Assembly (NCBI GenBank): GCA_950097015.1
Contig: CATNEN010000039.1
Span: 17,112,001 to 17,176,000, forward strand
Reading direction: 5' to 3'
Source: Macrostomum hystrix
Taxonomy: Eukaryota; Animalia; Platyhelminthes
Length of the DNA: 64,000 nucleotides
Every line of letters begins with the position of its first letter. Position 1 is the stretch's first letter. Positions 1 to 13,106 of the stretch are shown here, one piece after another. Under the pieces are notes generated by a model. The model was not told the DNA's origin. It ran no database searches and saw only the letters and a list, made by a program, of their open reading frames with translations. Both the position numbers and the translations under genes were made by a program.

Positions 1-1905
1 CTTGGTCTGGAAAAGGGAGCAGAGACACTGAATCTCAATGGTGAACGACTCACAAAGCAACTTATCGATACCACTACTCGTGGGACAGACGGTCGGTTCT
101 CCGTAGCTCTACCCCTTAAACCCGGAATTGAGAGGCTTCCGTCTAACTTTGGACTAGCATTTGGCCGAGCACAGGCCATTCATCGTCGCCTTTCGCCGGA
201 ACAACGAAACCAGTACTACGGTGAGTTCCATAAGCGAATCGAAGAAGGTGTGTTAGAACCTGTGGATGGGACCCAGCCAAAAGGCCAGGTTGTACATGTA
301 CTGCCACACTTCCCGGTGTTCAAGCACACCTCGAGCACCACCAAGGTTCGTCCTGTGGTCGACGCCTCAGCTCGTACGTCACTTAACGGGCCTTGCCTAA
401 ATGATCTTCTTGAGACCGGACCGAACCTTTTGACTAGCCTTCTTCAAGTCCAGCTCCGCCTACGCCTTTTCAAATACGCCTGCGTAAGCGATCTGCAATC
501 AGCATTTTACCAGATCTGTGTTCACCCAGAGTTCCGGGATGCCTTGCGAATTATCTTGCCGAAAGACCACTCGAAGCCGTTCAGCCAGGACAATTGGCAG
601 CTCTGGCGTTTCACCCGCATCGTCATGGGTGCCAGCCCATCACCATGGATCTTACAAGCGGTAATTCTCAAGCTCTGTCTTGACGCTACGGAAACTGGGA
701 GTTTCGGCCTTTCTCGCCAAGAGATTGCTTCAATTCCAAGCGGTTTGTATGTTGACAATCTCGTGATTGGCTACGACAAGTCAGATGAAGGCCCTCGTTT
801 GGTCAATGGTCTTCGCACACTCTTCCGTTCTGCTTGCTTCAACCTTCGAGAATTCGCCGCTAATGACCGAGAGGCCCTGGTGAATGTTCCCCTGGAAGAT
901 CGAATCTCACGAACCGAAGTTAAAAACTTAGGTATCACGTGGGATACAACCCTCGACGTGTTGCATCTCACCAAACCTGATATCCCAATGACGGATGGAC
1001 TCACTCGCGTCCAACTTCTCAGCGCGATCTGTAAGATGTACGATCCGTTCGGGTACGCAGCCCCACTAGTACTGGCAGGACGCCTGCTCTATTACAAGGC
1101 ATTCAAGCCCAACGACCCATGGGACAAGCTTGCTGACGCTGAAACGACTGCAGCATGGACAAGGCTTCATCAGGAATTTACGGCGGTCGATCGCATTGCC
1201 GTGCCTCGCTACTGCATTGAGAACAGAGCGAAACCCTGTCGGCTGATCGTCTTCAGTGACGGCTCGACCCAAGCGTACGGCTTTGTTGTCTACGTTCAGC
1301 AGACGATCGACGACCGATCAACCTGTAATCTCATCCTAGCCAAGTCACGTCTCGTACCGTCTGGAAAGAAAAACCTTCTCATAACGGTTCCGCGCATCGA
1401 GCTATGGGCCGCACTCCTGGCCAATCGGACTACGGCGCTCCTTCACGAAATGCTAGTCCCGCATCTGAACATCGTCGGTGTTACTCACTATATCGACTCT
1501 CAGATCGTCCTTCACTGGATCCAGAACGGTAAGAACCTTCGGCCATATGAAGAACGGCGAGTACAAGAGATTCGGAATTCGAACCTTACAACAGACCGTC
1601 GCTACGTCCCCACTAAGGACAATCCTGCTGACTACTGCACTAAGCCGCTAGGTCTCTCTCAGCTCATCGGCTCAGACTTCTACAGAGGTCCTGCCTTCCT
1701 ACAACAGCCCTACGAGAACTGGCCTTCCTGGAACCCGGCTCCACAAGGCAACCAATCGGACAGTAATACTCAATCAGAGAGCAAAGTCTGCAAGGCAACA
1801 TCCTTGAACACCACGGCGACAGCTATTGTAGCAGGTGCTCCATCGGTCATGGATCTCTCTCCGGCGCAACGCCGGAACATTATACGCAGCGCCTTGCTGG
1901 ACTGA
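1..1905 (+). mobile_element. BEL/Pao LTR-retrotransposon pol fragment (RT + RNase H), integrase missing; frame open from the window edge
   Basis: Frame is open from nt 1 (GRFSVALPLK..LPSNF). Pao-type motifs: HFPVFKHTSSTTKVRPVVDAS, CLNDLLETGPNL, SDLQSAFYQI, YVDN (RT), YDPFG, FSDGSTQAYG, AKSRL, PRIEL, DSQIVLHWI, YVPTKDNPAD. The ORF ends soon after RNase H with no HHCC/DDE integrase. Confidence 0.93.
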
Positions 1906-2082
1906 CTGACAGAGACTCAATTGACTAATGTGACTAAAGGACGTTCATGCATGCTTCTTTATCAGTTTACACTATTACCTATTTGCGTTATTAACCTACT
2001 ACCCACCCTACTACCCATTTGCGATCCCAATTCACACCTACAACTTGCGTTTTTTTTAGCTTGCACTTCCGGCGCCCCAGCT

Positions 2083-2389
2083 TGTCGGGTTCAGACTGAA
2101 CCTCCATAAAACCGCCCTTATCGTTAGCCTAGCTTTCCTTCCCCAGTTGATGCGCACGCTTCTAAAAAATAGCAACACCATTCTAGAATATTCTAGAATG
2201 CTTTCTTTAGCCCAGTACAGTATTGTCTAGGTTCAAAACCCCTAAATTATATTCAAGAGACAAATGCGCTATGCTCTCACGATCCGTTCAACCGTTTAAT
2301 AATCTACAAATAAACTCTGTTAATAACGATCAACTACAGCTTTCTACTTCAACTAACCTAACTTTGAAATTATTGTCACAAACGACAAC
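2083..2389 (+). mobile_element. putative 3' LTR of the BEL/Pao element
   Basis: Starts TGTCGG after the pol end, has AATAAA at 2309-2314 and ends near ..AACGACAAC, where a tandem array begins. The partner LTR is not in the window, so this cannot be confirmed. Confidence 0.4.
2180..2199. promoter_or_regulatory. heat-shock element (4 alternating nGAAn units)
   Basis: aTTCtaGAAtaTTCtaGAAt matches the HSF consensus nTTCnnGAAnnTTCnnGAAn exactly. Confidence 0.45.
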
Positions 2390-2711
2390 TCTTGAGCATG
2401 AGAGAACACTCTTGAGCATGAGAGAACACTCTTGAGCATGAGAGAACACTCTTGAGCATGAGAGAACACTCTTGAGCATGAGAGAACACTCTTGAGCATG
2501 AGAGAACACTCTTGAGCATGAGAGAACACTCTTGAGCATGAGAGAACACTCTTGAGCATGAGATAACACTCTTGAGCATGAGAGAACACTCTTGAGCATG
2601 AGAGAACACTCTTGAGCATGAGATAACACTCTTGAGCATGAGAGAACACTCTTGAGCATGAGAGAACACTCTTGAGCATGAGAGAACACTCTTGAGCATG
2701 AAATAACACTC
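2386..2711. repeat. 20-bp tandem repeat ACTCTTGAGCATGAGAGAAC, ~16 copies
   Basis: Direct periodicity, near-identical units. Confidence 0.97.
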
Positions 2712-3316
2712 GATGTAGCCCTTTCTAGAGGAACATTTTTTAAACGAATACAGTGTTTCGTTGCATTTGGAAAAACAACACGGGCAATGTGTATATTATA
2801 TGATTTTATGATTTTAGACTTTCCTCAACCATTTGCTTTTGTTGATTGAGAAACGAATCATATAGAACATGCAAACTAAATCAATGCATCTCTCACAGGT
2901 GAATAGATTCCATCAGTGTAATTTGTCGCAGCTATAGCTACCATGGCTAGAGAGGAAATCGAGAAGACAGACTTCAGGTCGATGTGTATGCATTGCATAA
3001 TTGCTTGTAGCTTTAACACTGACTAAGGCTTTGCTTATAGAGAAATACTCGCATAATCCAGGCATATAAGGCTTTCGTCTTTCAACTTTCTCAGATTCTT
3101 CTTTCGAACAAAGAAAACTCGGAGAACAAAGGCTGAAATTATCTGCCATCGCTCTGTATCTGGTTGGGAAATGAGTACTCAATTATGTCTAACACCTGCG
3201 ATTGTATCAAACATAAATTTCCTTTTCAAACAAATATTCAGATTTCCTAATGAGGAAACTTGCTTGACAAAACAAGCTCAAAGAAAGGCCTCACAAAACT
3301 ACTCTGACTGCAGAAA

Positions 3317-4912
3317 GATTGAATAGGATGGAATAGTGGATCGGATGGAATATTGGATAGTATGGAATATTGGATAGAATGGAATATTGGATAGTATAGA
3401 ATATAGGATCGGATGGAATATTGGATAGTATAGAATATTGGATCGGATGGAATATTGGATCGGATGGAATATTGGATAGTATGGAATATTGGAAAGGATG
3501 GAATATTGGATAGGATGGAATATTGGATCGGATGGAATATTGGATCGGATGGAATATTGGATCGGATGGAATATTGGATCAGATGGAATATTGGATCGGA
3601 TGGAATATTGGATAGTATAGAATATTGGATAGTATAGAATATTGGATTGGATGGAATATTGGATAGGATGGAATATTGGAAAGGATGGAATATTGGATAG
3701 GATGGAATATTGGATAGGATGGAATATTGGATAGGATGGAATATTGGAAAGGATGGAATATTGGATAGGATGGAATATTGGATAGGATGGAATATTGGAT
3801 ACTATAGAATATTGGAAAGGATGGAATATTGGATCGGATGGAATATTGGATAGGATGGAATATTGGATAGGATGGAATATTGGATAGTATAGAATATTGG
3901 AAAGGATGGAATATTGGATCGGATGGAATATTCGATCGGATGGAATATTGGATCGGATGGAATATTGGATAGGATAGAATATTGGATCGGATGGGATTTT
4001 GGACCGGATGGAATATTGGATCGGATGGAATAGAATATTGGATAGTAAAGAATATTGGAAAGGATGGAATATTGGATAGGATGGAATATTGGATCGGATG
4101 GAATATTGGATAGTATAGAATATTAGAAAGGATGGAATATTGGATCGGATGGAATATTGGATAGTATAGAATATTGGAAAGGGTGGAATATTGGATAGAA
4201 TGGAATATGGGATAGGATGGAATGTTGGATAGGATGGAATATTGGATGGATGGAATATTGGATAGTATAGAATATTAGAAAGGATGGAATATTGGATCGG
4301 ATGGAATATTGGATAGTATAGAATATTGGAAAGGGTGGAATATTGGATAGAATGGAATATGGGATAGGATGGAATGTTGGATAGGATGGAATATTGGATA
4401 GGATGGAATATGGGATAGGATGGAATGTTGGATAGAATGGAATATAGGATAGAATAGAATATTGGATCGGATGGAATATTGGATAGTATAGAATATAGGA
4501 AAGGATGGAATATTGGATAGTATAGAATTTTGGAAAGGATGGAATATTGGATAGTATAGAATATTGGAAAGGATGGAATATTGGATAGGATGGAATATTG
4601 GATAGTATGGAATATTGGATAGGGTGGAATATTGGATAGAATGGAATATGGGATAGGATGGAATGTTGGATAGGATGGAATATTAGATAGGATGGAATAT
4701 GGGATAGGATGGAATGTTGGATAGGATGGAATATAGGATAGTATAGAATATTGGATCGGATGGAATATTGGATAGTATAGAATATAGGAAAGGATGGAAT
4801 ATTGGATAGTATAGAATATTGGAAAGGATGGAATATTGGATAGGATGGAATATTGGATAGTATGGAATATTGGATGGGATGGAATATTGGATAGGATGGA
4901 ATATAAAATAGA
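3317..4912. repeat. 17-bp degenerate minisatellite GGATGGAATATTGGATA
   Basis: Direct periodicity; source of the repetitive 564-aa ORF. Confidence 0.96.
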
Positions 4913-5335
4913 ATGAAGCACTTTGGACTCACATTGTTCACATTGCCCTATTCCTGTGCCCGCGTCCTTCCTTGTCTTACCTGTGCCAAGCACGCATTAG
5001 TAGCTGCCCCCATTCAAACTAACCGAGTTGCAAATTATTCGCGCTCTGTTGAAACACGCAGAGAAGGAATCAATTCAAAAACTGCTAGAAATCTAATCTA
5101 GTTTTTTCCCGACCTAGCAAATTGGTTCTGCTCGATTTTAACCTATAGGCAGAATTTTTTGCACTTTAGTGGCTTCGTCTTCACAAATAGTCCTGATTGA
5201 CAGCGAGTAGGGATACTCAAACTCGGGCCCCTCATGCAGAATAAAGGATGACTGAAGCAGTCTCGCGACAATATCTCGCCTGTCCTGTGTTTTTGTTCTA
5301 TACTTTCTTAGAAACAAGCTTTTTTCTACACTTTT

Positions 5336-5832
5336 CGCATCACCTTTGAGAACTCCCAATTTTTCACGCGTGAAGAGCATCTGCTCCCATTATGAGATTC
5401 GACAAAAAAACTGTTTGATTGATCGATCAGATACGCGTTTGGCTGTTAGCTATGCGAATTCAGATAGAAAAGAAGACCAAGCCTCATATGGACGGGCCTG
5501 CGAGGATGGATACGGAGGCCGTAGGTACTCATGCGTGCAACCTGCGTCTGACAGGTTGCGCTGGGTCGGTTTGAGAATCGATCCGGGTTTGCTTAATAGG
5601 CCTGGCATCATTATTCTTAGATAATTGATTACTTGAGGGCCGAAATTATAAAAGCATGCATTAAATCCATATCAAGGCTCCGAACGGCTGTTCAGTCCAT
5701 GGACAAGTGGAGACGCTTCGTCCATCCTTCAATTAACACCAGCTAATACTGGTACCCATTTAACAGTGAACTGTAGTAATGCAGAGTTTGCTAAAGAAAA
5801 CAAATTACTCATGTGAATTCCGGAATCGAACC
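5336..5832 (-). mobile_element. SINE family B-like element (pol III B-box head); inverted copy of 28046-28563
   Basis: Reverse complement reads GGTTCGATTCC (B-box) ... AAATGGGTACCAG, a motif typical of invertebrate SINE cores. Near-identical to 28046-28563. Confidence 0.65.
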
Positions 5833-5836
5833 ATAG

Positions 5837-5915
5837 TATCTGTGTGCGTGTGTGCTCAGGAGTCAGTGAAATGGGCAGAATTGTCTCCTCGCTGCCTGCT
5901 GGTCTAGTGTCACCG
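5837..5915 (+). mobile_element. 3' fragment of tRNA-derived SINE family A
   Basis: GTGTGCTCAGGAGTCAGTGAAATGGGCAGAATT..TCCTCGCTG..GGTCTAGTGTCACC matches the copies at 17.7, 21.7 and 26.1 kb. Confidence 0.8.
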
Positions 5916-6324
5916 CAGTCGGAAAGTGTCTTCCAGTTAGTTTAATTATTTTCTGGTCCGTCATATATATAAAAAAATATGCGTCAGTATCCACAGATCT
6001 GCGAAAAATTAATTAATTTATTTTTCTAGTTAAAAGAAACATTAAAAGTACATGAAATTGAAGATTGATTTTATTATTATTCGCTAATTAGGAAATTAAG
6101 AAAGAACCCGTGCGCATCCATAAAGCGTACATAGATGTTTTAATTAGAGACTTAGAGCCCAATATGGCCCCGGGAGATGTGACTTTGACTTAATTATAGA
6201 TCTGCTTCAGTAGCAGCTGTTTTACCTAATTTACTTATTTGAATAAATCTATTTCTTAGAAAAATAAACTTTAAAAATGATTTCACCCATAAGCAACGAC
6301 CAATCGAAAACTTTCCTCCGCTAG

Positions 6325-9131
6325 AGCGTTCGTGACGAGACCCTCGACGCCTTCATCTGGGACAGCGCCCGGCTAAACTACGAGGCGGCCGCGGATCAGA
6401 AATGCGAACTCATGACCGCAGGCGATGTGTTTGGCCGCACCGGGTACGGCCTCGCCATGCCGCAGGACAGTCCGTGGATTGCCGAGATCTCCCAGCTGGT
6501 GTTGAACTTTCACGAGAGTGGCTTCATGGAAAAATTGGACACCAAATGGATCCTGGTCAACGAGACCAATTGTAAGAAGGCCAACTCGTCCCCAGCCACT
6601 CTGGGCCTCACAAACATGGCGGGAGTATTCATCATGGTGGCGGCTGGCATCGTGGCCGGCGTATTCCTGATCTTCATCGAGATCGCCTACAAGAGGCGGC
6701 GAGGTCTTCGGGAAAAAGAACTGGAATTGGCCAAGACTGCCGCTGACAGATGGCGAAGCAACATCGAGGTGAGAATCTTGTGTTTGAAGCCCGTTGAAAA
6801 ACTATTGGAAAACTGAGAAGTAAAAGGAAACTTAGGGATCATTAGAAACTTTTGAGGGCCATAGGAATAATCGTAGGATTATGAAGAAGACAGGATCATT
6901 GGGGAAACTTCTGGGATCATTAGGAAACTTGTGAGATCATTAGAAAACATGTAGGATCATTAGAAAACTTTTAGGATCATTAGAAAACTGGTAGGATCAT
7001 TAGAAACCTGGTTAGGATCATTAGAAAACTGGTAGGATCATTAGAAACCTGGTTAGGATCATTAGGAAACTTGATGGATTGTTAGGACACTTGAAGGATC
7101 ATTAGGAAACTTGATCGATTATTAGGAAACTTGTGGGACCATTAGAAAACTTCTGGGATCATTGGAAAACTTGTAGGATCATTGTGAAAATATTAGGATC
7201 ATTTTTAAGCTTTTGGGATCATTAGGAAGCTTGTGGGATCATTAGAAAACTTGTGGGATCATTAGGAAACTTGTGGGATCATTAGAAAACTTGTAGGATC
7301 ATTAGAAAACTGGTTAGGGTCATTAGGAAACTTAATGGATTATTAGGACACTTGAAGGATCATTAGGAAACTTGATCGATTATTAGGAAACTTGTGGGAT
7401 CATTAGAAAACTTTTAGGATCATTAGAAAACTGGTTCAATCATTAGAAAACTGGTAGGATCATTAGAAAACTGGTAGGATCATTAGAAAACTGGTGGGAT
7501 CATTAGAAAACTGGTGGGGTCATCAGAAAACTGGTAGGATCATTCGAAAACTGGTGGGATCATTAGAAAACTGGTGGGATCATTAGAAAACTGGTGGGGT
7601 CATCAGAAAACTGGTAGGATCATTCGAAAACTGGTAGGATCATTAGAAAACTGGTAGGATCATTAGAAAACTGGTGGGATCATTAGAAAACTGGTGGGAT
7701 CATTAGAAAACATGTAGGATCATTAGAAAACTGGTGGGATCATTAGAAAACTGGTGGGATCATTAGAAAACATGTAGGATCATTAGAAAACTGGTGGGAT
7801 CATTAGAAAACTTGTGAGATCATTAGAAAACTGGTAGGATCATTAGGAAACTTGTGGGATCATTAGAAAACATGTAGGATCATTAGAAAACTTGTGAGAT
7901 CATTAGAAAACATGTAGGATTATTAGAAAACTTGAGAGATCATTAGAAAACATGTAGGATTATTAGAAAACTGGTGAGATCATTAGAAAACTGGTGGGAT
8001 CATTAGAAAACTGGTGGGATCATTAGAAAACTGGTGGGATATTTAGAAAACTGGTGGGATCATTAGAAAACTTGTAGGATCATTAGAAAACTTGTGGGAT
8101 CATTAGAAAACTTGTGGGATCATTAGAAAACTTGTGGGATCATTAGAAAACTTGTGGGATCATTAGAAAACTGGTGGCGTCATTAGAAAACTGGTGGGAT
8201 CATTAGAAAACTGGTGGGATCATTAGAAAACTGGTGGCATCATTAGAAAACTGGTGGGATCATTAGAAAACTGGTGGGATCATTAGAAAACTGGTGGCAT
8301 CATTAGAAAACTGGTGGGATCATTAGAAACTTGTAAAACTATTAGAAGACTGTTTAGAAAATGTTTTTGAAGAAAATGCCTCAAAAGAAAGGATATTGCT
8401 GCTTGACGAACCATCTTATCAGTCCGATTAGTGAGAGACTAAACATAGCCTTCATTTAGGCAACATGCTTACCTGTTTACGAAGTGTCAACTGAGGTAAG
8501 GCTGCACGTTATAATTAAATTGTGTTTTGCAGTTGACTGGGCAACTGTAGACTTGAAGGCACTAAATTGTATTATTGCCTTAACTAATTGTATAAAATAG
8601 AGTCGATAAACTACTTTAAGTAGATTGAAAGAAATATATGTGATACGAGCTATTTTGGTGTCTGTTTTAATTTTTAACTCTTATCAATATAATCGACGGC
8701 TGTTGACAGTCAGTAATTGATTGGACAGACAGGCAGACAATAAATGACAGACAGTGGTTTACAGGCAATAGATGACAGGCAATAGATGACAGACAATAGA
8801 AGACAGACAGTGGTTGACAGGCACTGTTTCTCCTTCCACTATCCACTCAAAATAGAAGCGGAAAATTTTGCGCCGCTCCCTGGAGAACGAGCGACACGAG
8901 GAGTCGGCCGCGGCCATTGCGATTCGACGCCTGACTCCGTCGGCTTCCGGTGGTGGCAACAGCTTTGGCTACGGCGGCGGCGGCGGAGGCGGCGGCGGCG
9001 GATTCTACGAGACGGGAGCGTCGGCAGCCGCAGGAGGTGCCGCGGTGGGGGGCACGGCTAGTTATAACTACCGCAATCCGATGGTGGTACCTCATGCCAA
9101 CCATGCGTTGGAGAACAAGGCTATTGTCTGA
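6325..9131 (+). CDS. Nmdar1: NMDA-type glutamate receptor subunit NR1, last two coding exons (6325-6768, 8856-9131); upstream exons lie outside the window
   Basis: LDAFIWDSARLNYEA, FGRTGYGLAM..SPW, FHESGFMEKLDTKW, PATLGLTNMAGVF, M4 and IEIAYKR are diagnostic of GluN1. A phase-0 GT-AG intron joins WRSNIE to KRKILRRSL, as in invertebrate NR1. Confidence 0.93.
6832..8333. repeat. 20-bp minisatellite GGATCATTAGAAAACTGGTG in the last NR1 intron
   Basis: Direct periodicity. Confidence 0.96.
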
Positions 9132-9225
9132 TTGATCCACTTGTTTCACCCCAGCCATCTTTTGTTTGCGAGCTTTTGTGTTCACAGTGACGATTGGACC
9201 GGGTTCATTTTGGTTCACCAGAATA

Positions 9226-10394
9226 CCTATTCACTGAAGTCCCTACTCACTAAAGTCCCTACTCACTGAAGTCCCTACTCACTGAAGTCTCTATTCACTG
9301 AAGTCCCTATTCACTGAAGTCTCTATTCACTGAAGTCCCTATTCACTGAAGTCTCTATTCACTGAAGTCCCTATTCACTGAAGTCTCTATTCACTGAAGT
9401 CCCTATTCACTGAAGTCCCTATTCACTGAAGTCCCTATTCACTGAAGTCCCTACTCACTGAAGTCCCTACTCACTGAAGTCTCTATTCACTGAAGTCCCT
9501 ATTCACTGAAGTCCCTATTCACTGAAGTCTCTATTCACTGAAGTCCCTATTCACTGAAGTCTCTATTCACTGAAGTCCCTATTCACTGAAGTCTCTATTC
9601 ACTGAAGTCCCTATTCACTGAAGTCCCTATTCACTGAAGTCCCTATTCACTGAAGTCCCTACTCACTGAAGTCCCTACTCACTGAAGTCCCTATTCACTG
9701 AAGTCCCTATTCACTGAAGTCTCTATTCACTGAAGTCCCTACTCACTGAAGTCTCTATTCACTGAAGTCCCTATTCACTGAAGTCTCTATTCACTGAAGT
9801 CCCTATTCACTGAAGTCTCTATTCACTGAAGTCCCTATTCACTGAAGTCTCTATTCACTGAAGTCCCTATTCACTGAAGTCCCTATTCACTGAAGTCCCT
9901 ATTCACTGAAGTCTCTATTCACTGAAGTCCCTATTCACTGAAGTCCCTATTCACTGAAGTCTCTATTCACTGAAGTCCCTATTCACTGAAGTCTCTATTC
10001 ACTGAAGTCCCTATTCACTGAAGTCCCTATTCACTGAAGTCCCTATTCACTGAAGTCTCTATTCACTGAAGTCCCTATTCACTGAAGTCTCTATTCACTG
10101 AAGTCCCTATTCACTGAAGTCTCTATTCACTGAAGTCCCTATTCACTGAAGTCCCTATTCACTGAAGTCCCTATTCACTGAAGTCCCTACTCACTGAAGT
10201 CCCTACTCACTGAAGTCCCTATTCACTGAAGTCCCTATTCACTGAAGTCTCTATTCACTGAAGTCCCTACTCACTGAAGTCTCTATTCACTGAAGTCCCT
10301 ATTCACTGAAGTCTCTATTCACTGAAGTCCCTACTCACTGAAGTCCCTATTCACTAAAGCCCCTACTCACTGAAGTCCCTACTCACTGAAGTCC
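9226..10394. repeat. 16-bp tandem repeat CTATTCACTGAAGTCC, ~73 copies, just after the NR1 stop codon
   Basis: Direct periodicity. Confidence 0.97.
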
Positions 10395-10397
10395 ATA

Positions 10398-10968
10398 TTA
10401 ACAGTAGGACTACCAAGCCATTTTATACCAAGGAGGTCGGGTGAATCTTCCCTGAAATTTTTTGGCAGCACCTGAATGCAAACAGCGTTACGTGGTGACT
10501 GGTTGGTTGACAGACTAGACGATGGTGTCCTGTGGTTGAGCTGCGCCTAATATTTAGGCTTGATCAGTGAAATTAGAGATATTCGCGTCAGGCTGTCCAT
10601 AGTGCCCCAGTTTCACCAGTTGTAGCCCTTGATGGTCCAGCAAATCTGTCTAGATAAAGGTAGGTGACCACCGAAGACGGAGGCACATTCGGGTGACATG
10701 CTGATAAGTTTTGAAGGCCTGGCAAGGCCGCGCTGAGGCGCAGTGCTAATTCGTGTATAGGGGTGTATGAAATACACTGGAAAAAATTAGACCTTCGTTT
10801 AAAACCATTGAATATCTCGACGGTCTGAAGAGCTGGCAACTTGATTATTGTTTCAGAAGATGCGCAACAAAAAGTTGGCCCGTACGGTGTAATTATTCGT
10901 GTGCTTGCGTTGCTCCGTTCGGGTGCAGCACAAAAATTGGCAATTTGCCACCCCTGGTAGTTCTACTG
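10398..10968. mobile_element. non-autonomous TIR element (MITE family, ~580 bp), copy 1
   Basis: Ends TAACAGTAGGACTACC ... GGTAGTTCTACTG are inverted repeats. The body is homologous to 33998-34595, 39413-40007 and 44163-44520. Confidence 0.8.
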
Positions 10969-11460
10969 CTCATTGAAATCGATGTTTACCAAAATCCATA
11001 CTCAACGAAATCTCCTAAATCACTGTTCAGCGTTATCCCCGATCACCGAAAACCGAATTTGATTACGATCGACCGACCAGAAACGATATTTATTCTTCAG
11101 GATTGTCTTGTGATTGTTTCAATTTTAACCTCTGCTTTTTACCCCCCTTCATTTCTGTTTCAATCGAATCTCAATTTTCATAGCTTTGTTATTTTTATGT
11201 TTAAACATGTACTTACGAGCGTAGTTAGATTAATGATTAAAAACCAAATGCTTATTAACTTGTTATTGGTGTTTTAAAATATTTTTAAATATTTTCTTTG
11301 ATTCTTTAGCTAAATTCATGATGTTGTGTTTTGTGTCCAGTCCATCTGGCCCTTTGTGTGAGGCAATGGAGCTCTAAGTTTAAAACTATTTCTTGGTGAT
11401 TTTAATATTTTATCTGAAGATCAAGCAGTTTTAGTTTCCTTTCCGTTTTCATTCTGAAGT

Positions 11461-11621
11461 AATTCTGCTCATTTCACTGACCCATGAGCTAGCACAGGCA
11501 CACACACACAGGTGTGTACTATCTGCCCTGACTTTCTCATCGTCAGGCAGTGTGCACTCTCACTGTGCCTTGGAGGTTGGCCCTCAAGAGCGTAAATTGC
11601 ATGACAAGCCCCCAAGCCTTC
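11461..11621 (-). mobile_element. internal fragment of SINE family A
   Basis: Reverse complement of the AAGGCTTGG..CCTGACGATGAGAAAGTCAGGGC..GAGCAGAATT segment. Confidence 0.8.
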
Positions 11622-12186
11622 AGTTGGACGTTCAAATTAGACAAAGCTGACGTCAATTTAAACAGCAGATATTCGATTTAGACAGTGGATATTCAATTTA
11701 AACACTTCCTCATTGAGAGCGATTTGTCTATGGTAAAATTCTAGTTCTGAGGCAAAGCACATATTCAATTTAGACACGCTCAGCTTCAGACCCTTGCTTT
11801 CCTGTGGCCTCTGCTTCTGACATTCGGAGAGAGAATTGGAGAGACTAATGTACATTCTGTAAGGCCAGAAATCATTTTCCTTTACAGTCTCAATCTCGGT
11901 TTTCAATCTTACCATAGACAATAAACTGAGTACATGTATCTTACAGAATGCACATTAGTCTCTCCAATTCTCTCTCCGAAAGTCAGAAGCAGAGGCGACA
12001 GGAAAGCAAGGGTCTGAAGCTGAGCGTGTCTAAATTGAATATGTGCTTTGCCTCAGAACTAGAATTTTACCATAGACAAATCGCTCTCAATGAGGAAGTG
12101 TTTAAATTGAATATCCACTGTCTAAATCGAATATCTGCTGTTTAAATTGAAGTCAGCTTTGTCTAATTTGAACGTCCAACTGAAGG
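11617..12186. repeat. long inverted repeat: arms 11617-11863 and 11940-12186 (247 bp), 76-bp spacer
   Basis: The arms are reverse complements with about 4 mismatches. The ORF track shows mirrored peptides on the two strands. Confidence 0.95.
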
Positions 12187-13106
12187 TATAAAAATAGAGT
12201 GTCGAAAATGAATGCCAAGTTGTCTAAATTGCAGCGCAGATTTGTTGAAATTGAACGGGAAAAGGTGTAATTGCAAGAAACCCACATCACGAGGCGCAAT
12301 GAAAAACTCACTTAATTATAACCTATATTCATGACATGAATAACTGTTGACTGCCTTTAGCTTAACCAATTGAAGGTAATAAATTGATCGTGTCCTCATT
12401 AGTTTAAAGTTAGAATTGTCCGTGTTTTCATGTTATCTGTATCATATAAATAGTCTAGTACTAGTACATGCGCACCCGTTATTAATACGACATTAATTGA
12501 GCTATAAATAGTTTGCCTTCAAAGACTGTAGATTCTGCATCGCTCAGCTAAGACTCGCGCTGTTTTTTATCAGCTTTATTTCATTTTATTAGTTTGGATG
12601 TGAATTTTGTTTTGCTTTATCGACTGTTTAAAGCTTGTTTTTTTTTCTTTCTAACGCTATAAGTATTACAGTATTGCATATATTACTTACCTCTATTATT
12701 TTTTGTTTCATGTCTTTAAACCGTTTTTTGCCGTTGTTTTAATTGCGCTGTTTCCATTTCTCTTAATGTTTTTTTATTTTATTCGAAAAAATATTTAGAT
12801 TTTGGTATTTTTACCGTATTGTTTTCTATCCGTCTCTAATTTACCTGTTATTGACTATAATATTTTATCCATTTTTCTTTTCTAAATTATTTGTATTATT
12901 GTTGTGAAATGTTTTAAAATCACTAGGACACAGCGCTGACCTTGATGCTTTTAAAGCTGTATGTCCCTTTGTTGCGAAAATAAAAATTTCTTAGTATTTT
13001 ACAGCTGCTGCTAATCTAGTCATTGGGCGTCCATTGCGAAGAAAACAAGCTAATTACTTAGCTCATCTCATTGCTTGAGACGTTTAAAGGGCAACTGAAT
13101 ATTTGG

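Noticed and set aside
2913-5380. Short minus-strand ORFs (2913-3182, 5138-5380) as genes or additional NR1 exons
   Set aside because: They are on the wrong strand for NR1 and show no recognisable homology.
11658-12145. Two similar short ORFs on opposite strands
   Set aside because: They are mirror images produced by the inverted repeat.
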